Below, piece by piece: positions 8,065 to 16,500 of a DNA stretch of 36,028 nt; within the stretch, counting starts at the first letter, position 1; the number at the start of each line of letters is the position of its first letter. The notes below the pieces were generated by a model. That model was given only the letters and a program-made list of their open reading frames with translations, did not search any database and was not told the origin of the DNA. The stretch is from a virus (lineage: Duplodnaviria; Caudoviricetes), in IMG/VR virus record IMGVR_UViG_3300005611_000094, positions 1 to 36,028 of that record, one strand, 5' to 3'. The position numbers and the translations under genes were made by a program.

Positions 8065-8631
8065 ATGAAATTCAAAGGTAGAGAATACACCGAAGTAAAA
8101 GATAGACTTATCGCATTCGCAGACGAGTTTCCAGAATCAACTATTGAAACAAAACTAATCAGTGTAAATCAAATCGTAGATACACCTACAGGTGAAACTT
8201 GCAATGAATATGTTGTACAAGCAATAGTTAGACCAAATCCTATGCAACAACCAGAATGGTATTACACAGGTTTAGCAGCTGAACGTGATAACACAGGATT
8301 TGTAAACAAAACATCAGCATTAGAAAATGGTGAGACATCAGCAGTAGGTCGTGCATTAGCATTTGCAGGATTTGGTGGTGATTTTGCAATAGCAAGTAAA
8401 GAAGAAGTAGACAATGCAAAGGCTAAACAAAAAGCTATTAATCCAACAGTAGCATCATTATCAGCTATGGATAAAGCAGCTAACGAAGCAGCTAAAGCAG
8501 GTAAACTTCCAGAAGAAGACCATCTTAGATACAAACAAAAACGACAAGCTGGATTCTTCGATACAAAACTTAAAGTAAGTCAGAGTACAGAGTACTTTGA
8601 ATCGTTAACGAAAACAGAAGGAGCTAAATAA
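8065..8631 (+). CDS. Rad52/Sak-like ssDNA annealing protein
   Basis: KGREYTEVKDRL...VNKTSALENGETSAVGRAL motif; sits just before SSB. Confidence 0.65.
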   Translation: MKFKGREYTEVKDRLIAFADEFPESTIETKLISVNQIVDTPTGETCNEYVVQAIVRPNPMQQPEWYYTGLAAERDNTGFVNKTSALENGETSAVGRALAFAGFGGDFAIASKEEVDNAKAKQKAINPTVASLSAMDKAANEAAKAGKLPEEDHLRYKQKRQAGFFDTKLKVSQSTEYFESLTKTEGAK

Positions 8632-9174
8632 ATGGCTATTACTGGAACAAAAGTGAAGACCAACACTTCCAATAAAAATTGGTTCGTAAATCAATGTCGT
8701 ATTGTAGAAGCAGAACAAATTGATTCTCAATACAACGATTGTAGTATCAGACTAAAACTAGAAGATAAAGACAATGGATATAACTACACTACATTTATCA
8801 ATCAAAACTTTGAAAAAGATGTGAATGGTATTGTAACTGGTATGGCATATCCAGATGACTTAAACACTCTTTATCTTGCATCTGGAAAAGATATTAATGT
8901 ATCTGACATAGGTGAAGTTAATGTTGATGCATTAATTGATAGTGAAGTTGCTGTGATTAATTATGCAGCTAATGGTAAATACAAAAGAGCTACTTGGGGA
9001 GTAGTATCTAATCCTAATGACACAGCTGAGTTAGAAAAGAAATTTATGGCTCAGATAGCAAAAGGTTATCCTAAGAACTATCAAAAACCACAAGAAACAA
9101 TGGTTGAAGAAATGCTTGGTAATAGAGAACCAGCAAAGACTCAAGCTGTTGAAATTGATGACCTTCCTTTCTAA
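8632..9174 (+). CDS. single-stranded DNA-binding protein
   Basis: Acidic C-terminal tail EIDDLPF; between annealase and primase. Confidence 0.7.
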   Translation: MAITGTKVKTNTSNKNWFVNQCRIVEAEQIDSQYNDCSIRLKLEDKDNGYNYTTFINQNFEKDVNGIVTGMAYPDDLNTLYLASGKDINVSDIGEVNVDALIDSEVAVINYAANGKYKRATWGVVSNPNDTAELEKKFMAQIAKGYPKNYQKPQETMVEEMLGNREPAKTQAVEIDDLPF

Positions 9175-9434
9175 TGACTGCAGAAGGTATAATATTAAGA
9201 TGGATTGATAGTAAGTCTAAATCTGCTGATGGGTATTTTGCTTCCTATGATTTAGAAAGCGAAGTACCTGTCTATGGCAGATTAGCACATCAAAAAGTAC
9301 ATACCCCAAGTACTTATTCTAGGGCGTTTAGAAAGATTCGTGAAGGTAATACTTTAATGCGTCTAGGTCTAGAATTAGAAGAGCATATTAATTCAGAAAC
9401 AAAGGTAAAAGGATGGAAAATAAAGAAACTATAA
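9174..9434 (+). CDS. hypothetical protein, possibly winged-helix DNA-binding
   Basis: 86 aa; TPSTYSRAFRKIRE helix followed by a beta-hairpin-like end. Confidence 0.6.
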   Translation: MTAEGIILRWIDSKSKSADGYFASYDLESEVPVYGRLAHQKVHTPSTYSRAFRKIREGNTLMRLGLELEEHINSETKVKGWKIKKL

Positions 9435-11212
9435 TTGAAGTAATCAATGGTAGTGTTTCCAGTCGTAATGGAACTATTTGTACTGTAGATGAATTTAATA
9501 GTATGATTAGTGAATATAAATGGAATGGTGAAATGTATCGTAGCTATTATTCATTTGATGAAACTATGAGAGACTATGTAGAAACTAATCGTACAGTTAA
9601 AGGGTTTGATGGATTGACTTATTTAGATTCAATTATATTGGATGTAGATAAAGGCAATATACCAGACGACCAGTTCCAACCTTATTTGTTACAATGCCTA
9701 GGTGAAATAGAAGACCTGGGCATTGACAAATCTCACGTGAACATATGGTTTAGTGGTAATGGTTATCATATAGAAATATTAAATGTATTTGGCTTTCAAC
9801 CTAGTAGAGTATTGCACGAAAAAGTAAAACTAACTATGAAAGAACATTTATCATTTGCAGATAGTATCTTTGATAAAACACGCATTATCAGAGCACCATT
9901 TAGTATTAATAAGAAAACTGGATTATATAAGGTGTATATACCTTATCATAGAATCTGGTCTTTAGATTACGATGAAGTAAAAGAAATGGCTACTAACTCT
10001 GGTTCGTATCAATCATATAGAGAAGAAGATGGTGATTGGTATTCTGATTTATTCAGAGATAAAGAAGTAGAACCATACTTACAACATCTCGTTGTATCTA
10101 CATCAAAGGCAGTAACAGGAGGTAATTATCGCAGTAAAGATACTACTTCTGTTGTTACTTGTATGCAACACGCATTCAATGAAGGTCCTGTAGAAGGACA
10201 ACGTAATATGAAAATGATGCGTATGTCTAGTACATATAAACGTGCTGGTGTTCCATATATTGTAGCATTAAATGGTATGTTACAATGGGGTGGAGGCACA
10301 ATGGATGATGAAGAAATAATACGAACAGTAAGTAACGTGTACGATGGAAACTACCAATATGGTTGCAATGATGTTATTATGGCAGAATATTGCGACCCAA
10401 AGTGTATTCATTTTAAACGTAAAGATTACACATTAGATATCAAAAATGTAGATGATATGACTAAATCATTAGTAGAGTATCTACAGAATGATATCACCAA
10501 AAAGTCTATTAATATGGCTGATATCTTTAATTGTCAAGACTATATCATTAAACCAGGAGAACTTGTAGTATTTTCTGGTGATACTGGTATGGGTAAATCT
10601 GCATTTGTACAAAATGTAGTAGTAGGAGCAGAAAAAGATACATTGTTCTTATCATTGGAAATGAATGAGTTTCTAACCTTTAGAAGATTTGTTCAAATAG
10701 CTAATAAGAAAACAGAACAATGGGTAATAGACCAAGTAAAGTCTAACCCAGAAATATCGTTTAAAGAACAATTAGGTCATATTCAAGTAATGACAATAGC
10801 ACCAGAAATTGAAGCTATTAAGAAGGTAATTGCTACGCATGAACCAAACATCTTAGTAGTAGATACGACTGATGAAGTGCACGTTGATAGAGTAGAGTCT
10901 GAAATACAACGACAAAACATTATCATTGGTGCACTAAAAGAAATGGCACAGAAACATAATATAATTATTATAGCTGTGCATCACGTAAACAAAATATCTG
11001 CAGCAGGTAACACCATAGCATTGCATTCTTTAAAAGGTAGTACTAATGTAGTACAGAAAGCAGATAAAGTAATTATGGTTAAAGGAAATCGTGATGAAAA
11101 AGCTAGAGTAATATCTAGTGAGAAATCAAGAGATGATGGCAAGTTTGAAATGACAGCACTCTTTGATTATGAAACAATGACCTTTAGGCAAGTTGACTGG
11201 AGTCAAGGATGA
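9413..11212 (+). CDS. AEP-family primase(-polymerase) fused to DnaB-like SF4 helicase
   Basis: AEP motifs IILDVD, WFSGNGYHI, RIIRAPFS; PriCT-like EGQRN; Cys cluster; helicase GDTGMGKS, FLSLEM, ILVVD, IAVHH, QKADKVI. Confidence 0.85.
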   Translation: MENKETIIEVINGSVSSRNGTICTVDEFNSMISEYKWNGEMYRSYYSFDETMRDYVETNRTVKGFDGLTYLDSIILDVDKGNIPDDQFQPYLLQCLGEIEDLGIDKSHVNIWFSGNGYHIEILNVFGFQPSRVLHEKVKLTMKEHLSFADSIFDKTRIIRAPFSINKKTGLYKVYIPYHRIWSLDYDEVKEMATNSGSYQSYREEDGDWYSDLFRDKEVEPYLQHLVVSTSKAVTGGNYRSKDTTSVVTCMQHAFNEGPVEGQRNMKMMRMSSTYKRAGVPYIVALNGMLQWGGGTMDDEEIIRTVSNVYDGNYQYGCNDVIMAEYCDPKCIHFKRKDYTLDIKNVDDMTKSLVEYLQNDITKKSINMADIFNCQDYIIKPGELVVFSGDTGMGKSAFVQNVVVGAEKDTLFLSLEMNEFLTFRRFVQIANKKTEQWVIDQVKSNPEISFKEQLGHIQVMTIAPEIEAIKKVIATHEPNILVVDTTDEVHVDRVESEIQRQNIIIGALKEMAQKHNIIIIAVHHVNKISAAGNTIALHSLKGSTNVVQKADKVIMVKGNRDEKARVISSEKSRDDGKFEMTALFDYETMTFRQVDWSQG

Positions 11213-11391
11213 TAAAAATAAAAACAGTAAATGAAGATAATATAATTATGCAAGAAATTGTATTGTTATATTTATTTGTCTTTGGTGTGTCTTTTGCTAG
11301 AGAAAGAGGAGAACATTTCTCTTTTAACTTTGGTATTGGTCCTATAGAACTACAATTTACATTGAGGTTATGGAATGGCACACAGAAATAA
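11209..11391 (+). CDS. small hydrophobic hypothetical protein
   Basis: 60 aa, ATGA overlap with the helicase stop. Confidence 0.6.
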   Translation: MIKIKTVNEDNIIMQEIVLLYLFVFGVSFARERGEHFSFNFGIGPIELQFTLRLWNGTQK

Positions 11392-11707
11392 AATACGTGG
11401 TAACAACCTTGAACGTGAGATTGTCAATACTGCTAAAGAGGAAGGGCTCTCTGCAAAGAGGGCCTATGCCTCTGATGGTAGGTCACTAGGATATAGTGAA
11501 GTAGTTGATTGTCTTGTTGAAGATTGGACCATACAAGCAAAACGAAGAAAGAAAATAGCACAATGGTTATATCCAGATTATCATGGCGATGATGTGGATG
11601 CGGTGGTAACACGAATGGATAGGAAAGAAGCGTTAATTATAATGCCTCTTGGAAAGTGGATAAAAATGATGAAGGAGATAAAAGATGGCAAAAGTAAATC
11701 TAAGTAA
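11375..11707 (+). CDS. Holliday junction resolvase (Hjc-like PD-(D/E)xK)
   Basis: RGNNLEREIV...ASDG...VD...IQAKRRK. Confidence 0.7.
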   Translation: MAHRNKIRGNNLEREIVNTAKEEGLSAKRAYASDGRSLGYSEVVDCLVEDWTIQAKRRKKIAQWLYPDYHGDDVDAVVTRMDRKEALIIMPLGKWIKMMKEIKDGKSKSK

Positions 11708-11918
11708 AGAAGAAGTAGAAGAAGTATTAAGTGCTTTGGCTAATGTAATTACTATTAAACATAGGTATAGAGATATACATTTAGATGTTAATATAGAAAT
11801 GATTAGAGAAGTATTACGTAAATTAGAAAATCCTTTTATGAACAAAGAAAATGAAATCATAAGAGGGTTAGAAGATAAACAACCTAGAGTAGGAAATTGT
11901 GAGTGTTGCGATGACTAA
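11685..11918 (+). CDS. hypothetical protein with C-terminal Cys cluster
   Basis: 77 aa, AAGGAG RBS, ends CECCDD. Confidence 0.7.
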   Translation: MAKVNLSKEEVEEVLSALANVITIKHRYRDIHLDVNIEMIREVLRKLENPFMNKENEIIRGLEDKQPRVGNCECCDD

Positions 11919-12054
11919 ATTTAAGAAAGAAGAATTATTGATAATGAGGTCTTCATTGCTTAACTTTAAGAAAGCACCTTGGGTGTCTGATGAAGAAAGA
12001 AAAATAATAGAAAGTATTTTAACTAAAATTAAAAAACTATTTGAAAAAGAATAA
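11911..12054 (+). CDS. small hypothetical protein (47 aa, MTKFKKEELL...)
   Basis: Hand-translated; overlaps upstream stop. Confidence 0.55.
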   Translation: MTKFKKEELLIMRSSLLNFKKAPWVSDEERKIIESILTKIKKLFEKE

Positions 12055-12057
12055 TAA

Positions 12058-12221
12058 TTATTGGCCTACATAATACGGCTTAAAAGGAGTCGGGCAGGTA
12101 TCCAACCCTGTGCCTCGGTTTATATGTTTAATTAAGTAAACTAAGGAGATTATTAATTGCACTATGGTTGGCCATCAACCAGTGGTTGATGCTATAGTAA
12201 AATTTAATAGTAGGCCAATAA
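12058..12221 (+). ncRNA. multibranch structured RNA, 164 nt
   Basis: Perfect 12-bp closing stem TTATTGGCCTAC/GTAGGCCAATAA with about four internal hairpins. Confidence 0.55.
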
Positions 12222-12234
12222 AAATATTAGATTG

Positions 12235-12479
12235 ATATTGTAATGTAGACAACCCTTGATAAAGGTTAGTAAGTAAAGGCTATTTTATTAATATGTGTTA
12301 AGAACGCATATATGAACGATAGATGATTATACATAGAAAACCCTAGAGAGAGAGCAATCAAATAGAAATAGAAGATGAAATTGATGAGAAAACTGAGTAG
12401 TTAGTCGCAGATGATAAAGTCGCAAACAGAAAGATAAAGTAGTCGGAAACAGCGAGCCTTGTTGTTCGCATTACAATAT
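12235..12479 (+). ncRNA. stem-closed purine-rich element, 245 nt
   Basis: Perfect 11-bp ATATTGTAATG/CATTACAATAT extended by GACAAC/GTTGTT. Confidence 0.45.
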
Positions 12480-12506
12480 TAATAACATTAAAACAAGGAG
12501 AATAAT

Positions 12507-12761
12507 ATGAAACCGTTAAGAGATGAAGTTGTAATAAAGCAGCAATCTAAAGAAAATAAAACAGAAGCAGGTATTATTTTAACAACAGATGTAGCAATCA
12601 AAGAAAACGTTGGTGAAGTAGTAGCTCTTGGTAGTAAAGCAGAAGAACTAGAAATAGGAGACAAAGTATTATTTGGTCCAGGATTTGTAGTTCAAGAAAT
12701 AGATAAACAAGAATATTTAATTATGAGTACCAAAAATATTCTATTAGTATTGGAGGATTAA
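12507..12761 (+). CDS. groES: co-chaperonin GroES (Cpn10)
   Basis: MKPLRDEVVI...KTEAGIIL mobile loop...GEVVALG...IGDKVLF. Confidence 0.9.
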   Translation: MKPLRDEVVIKQQSKENKTEAGIILTTDVAIKENVGEVVALGSKAEELEIGDKVLFGPGFVVQEIDKQEYLIMSTKNILLVLED

Positions 12762-13138
12762 TGGATTACAATTCTGATTTTCAATATGATTTAAAATTTG
12801 GTCAAGAAGGTGAAACTGAAATAGCAAAATTATTAAATGATTCTTCTATTGAAGTTAAACGTGATAGACAAACTCAGCAAACTGGTAATATATATATAGA
12901 ATATGAATCAAGAGGTAAACCATCTGGTATTAAAACTACCAAAGCTAATAAGTGGGCATACATATTACAAGATGGCTGCATTCTTATTATTGATACAGAA
13001 CTATTAAAAAAAGCATTACGATATCTAATTAAAAATAAACTATGTGTAAAAGATATGCCTGGTGGAGATAACAATACATCGTTAGGTGTATTAGTAAGTG
13101 TAGAAAGACTAATAGAAGGTATAAGGAATGTTAAATGA
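12761..13138 (+). CDS. PD-(D/E)xK nuclease-like phage protein
   Basis: DLKFGQEGE...IEVKRD...TGNIYIEYESRGKPSGI. Confidence 0.6.
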   Translation: MDYNSDFQYDLKFGQEGETEIAKLLNDSSIEVKRDRQTQQTGNIYIEYESRGKPSGIKTTKANKWAYILQDGCILIIDTELLKKALRYLIKNKLCVKDMPGGDNNTSLGVLVSVERLIEGIRNVK

Positions 13139-13329
13139 ATCATGATAAAAAAATAGATTATGCAACTTATGGAACAAGAATTTATCCTATAGGAGATAGA
13201 TTTAAAAATCTAACTGAAAAACAAATAGAGAGATTGTTTAGTGAGCAAGTTGCAAAAAATAGAAAAGTTAAATATTTAAAATCTATAAATTCTGTTGCTG
13301 TTTATTATAAACCAGAAGTAGAGTCTTAA
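13135..13329 (+). CDS. hypothetical protein
   Basis: 64 aa, ATGA overlap. Confidence 0.65.
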   Translation: MNHDKKIDYATYGTRIYPIGDRFKNLTEKQIERLFSEQVAKNRKVKYLKSINSVAVYYKPEVES

Positions 13330-13330
13330 A

Positions 13331-13480
13331 ATGAAAGATGATAAAGCATGGAGTTTAACGAAAGAATATGAAGATAATAAAAATAATATCATATTTAAAG
13401 ATACATTCCCATTAAAACGTATTTTAAGAGATTTATCTAAAGAAAATGACAGTTTGCTTAAAAAAAGTCCACGAGAATAG
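13331..13480 (+). CDS. small hypothetical protein (49 aa, MKDDKAWSL...)
   Basis: Hand-translated; starts 2 nt after the previous stop; last plus-strand gene. Confidence 0.55.
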   Translation: MKDDKAWSLTKEYEDNKNNIIFKDTFPLKRILRDLSKENDSLLKKSPRE

Positions 13481-13519
13481 CCCTAGAAGCTCGTAAAATA
13501 TTTTTTTAATACTAACTAT

Positions 13520-13561
13520 CGCCTAATTATAGATAGTGCGATGTCGCATTGATTAGAGGCG
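13520..13561. terminator. hairpin at the convergence of early and late modules
   Basis: CGCC/GGCG, CTAATTA/TGATTAG, TGCG/CGCA nested pairing; no clean U tract. Confidence 0.4.
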
Positions 13562-13583
13562 TAAACCTATATTAATGGTATAT

Positions 13584-16500
13584 TTAGTCTAAATCTTCTT
13601 CTATTTCCTCTTCATTTGCTTCAATCTGGTCTCTTCTGAGGTCGTGAAGCGTATGAACTGGAATACCAAACATAAATTCACCAAACATAGCAGGACTTTT
13701 ATAAGTTCTTGCTACATCTCTACCAAATCTACCAAATGGAAAATAAGTTGCTAATTGATATTTAGTTAGATTTTCAAAGTCTTGATTTAATAAAGCAGTG
13801 GTTGGTGCTAAAACAAAACGTGCAATCGGCGGTGTTACAATACTTAATGGTGATAGTACTGGATGTGGGTATTGACTAAAGAATGCACGCTCCCTTTCTT
13901 CTTCATCACCAAATAGTAACATAGAAGTATCTTGCATCCAATTCATTGGTGGTGATAATGCATAATCAAATATACTTGCAACAAATATATTAGCAAGTGC
14001 TAATGCCATTAAATCTGCAGTTAGTTGTCGTTGTGCTCTTTGTGTTTTATAACCACCAGACCATTCTTCAAATCTAGCACCTCTATATACTTTAATTCTT
14101 CTACCAATACTATTCCAGGCATAAGGATGAAAACGTGTCATAACCCTACCTAAAGATGTATTAGCTACATTAGGTCGTTGTGTTGCGTGATAAATAAACT
14201 GAGATGCTTTTACAGTTCTGTTAGCTAGTTGAATTAACATAGGATGGTCAAATGGTAAGTTCTTACCAAACTCGCCTAACATTTGTCTTGCATTAATGTA
14301 TGCTGCATCCCAAGTTCTACTACGTAATAAAAACTCAGACTTTCTCATAAACACAGCACCAGCATTAGTAATAGCTTTACCTGCACCTACTTCTTTAAAT
14401 ACTTCTCTAGTAGTCATATCTGCAAAGTTATCAAACTCTTTATCGTTTTTAGCACGTAATCCATCTTTACTTAATGTTCTGGATACAGTTTTAACTGCTT
14501 TCACTAATGGTTCTGACATACCTACTGTTTGGAATCTTGAATCTTTTTGTGCTTCATTAATTAACATATCTTCAAAAGTACCAATGTATGCTTGCCATTC
14601 TTCCCAATCTTTTCTATTTCTAATAGTTTTTGTTACAACTTCACCAGTAGCAGAATCTAAAATTTTATATGTTGTTTTTTCACCCCATACATTATCATTC
14701 CACCAAGTATCAGATAATGCATCTGTAAATGGTTTTAATCCTACATCAGTAATGGTATTACTACCACCACCATAAATATTGGTAATAAATGTTTTAGGGT
14801 GAAACAATAATGACATCATTTCAAATTTACCTTCAAGGTCATTTAAATTTTGTCCTAGTCTTGCTATATACATATCTCTTGCTGCTCTATTTTTAGGTGC
14901 TGCATCTAATATTTTACCACCAAATACTTTATCTAAACGCTCAGTAAACTCAATAACAGATTCATCAGTCATTAATCCATAGCCATTACCAAATCTACCT
15001 ATCTTATTTATATTTTTTTCTTGTAATAATTTAGATAAATTTTCCATTCTTAGTTCTTTGGCTATTGCTTGTGCACGTTCTAATCTTGTATCTGGGTCTA
15101 CGTTGTCACGTTTCATAGCTTCTATTTCTGCTCTAAGTGCACCACGCTGAAATGTATCTAATCCAATATAGTAGTCCACACGTTCTAAAAAGTCTTTTTG
15201 TTTACGCATACCTTTTACAAAACTTTTATCAAAACCATTCTTAGCATAATCTTTTAATAACTCAAATTCTTTTTGTGTGATACCATGAATATCAAAGTTA
15301 CGTATAGAAGGATATCCCATTTGATTCTTAGCAACATCCATCATAAAGTATGCCCAAGATTCTGTAATATCTTTATCTGTTCTTAATGGATTTTTATTTA
15401 CAAAACGTTTAATGTTATTACCTATTTTTAATGAAAGGTTACTATTAATTAAATTTCTATACATAGAACCTACATATCTATCTACGTGATTAATACCAAG
15501 GTCCCATTCAGGTAAACTAACTTCTTCATTTCTACCTTTAAGGTGTCCATTATATCTTGCACTATCCATAGGTTTTTGTAAAGTAAAATCTTCTATAATA
15601 GCAAGCTCCGCTATATCATTCATTTTATCAACACCTCTGGTATTATATCCTTCATATTTTTCTTTTAAAGATATTTCATATCTTAGTAATGCTTTTTTTA
15701 ATGCTATTTCATCTCTATTGCTTGCTGCAAATTCTAAATCTATAGATGATAATATTTTAGGGTCTTTAGAAGCTTTTTCTAATTCTTTTGCTATGATTTT
15801 TTCTATAGCTGCTTCATTTTGTTCTCTTCTAAACTTAGTACCAAATGCATCTGTGTGAGGTACGTAATACTTGCTAGTACCATCAGACGCTAAATATCTA
15901 CCTATACTAATAATTTTTGTTAGCGGTTTATTACGCATATAATCCTCTTTTACTTTTCTAACTACAGCAAACTCTTCTTTAGATAGTTGTTTAGTAAAAT
16001 CAAGTTTTACTTTTTTGCCTTTAATGTTTACTTCTTTTTCAAATACACGTTCTAGATGTTCATTCAATCTTTGATAGTATCTAAAAAAGTTTACATCAGT
16101 AATAGATGGTAACTGTCTTAAAGCACCTAAAGGATTACTAGCAATTAATTCACTAAGACCAGCATATAATGCATCTACTTTTGTTTGATTTGAAAGCAAT
16201 CCATTTGCATCTAAAAATGTCATTTTCTTTTGTTGTAAATCGTAAGCAATTTTTTTATCAATATATCCTTTTTCACTTGGCTTAGGTTCAGTTAATATTT
16301 CTTCATCTGTAATTTTATATTCATTAATTTTTTTACCAACTCTTACTAATTTATCTCTTAACGTAGAAACATTACTTAGTATAACATCGTTTGCAACAGT
16401 GGTCATAATGTTTGTATATGCATCATTTATCATTTCTACAACTTGCTCTGGTGTTTTATTTATACGCTCACCTTTAACACCAGTTTCTGTTTCAAACTTA

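Noticed and set aside
925-8534. Short opposite-strand ORFs over terminase and early genes
   Set aside because: They fully overlap better-supported genes or structured gaps on the other strand
12235-12479. tmRNA gene
   Set aside because: No acceptor stem, T-arm or CCA end, and no Ala-Ala-ending tag
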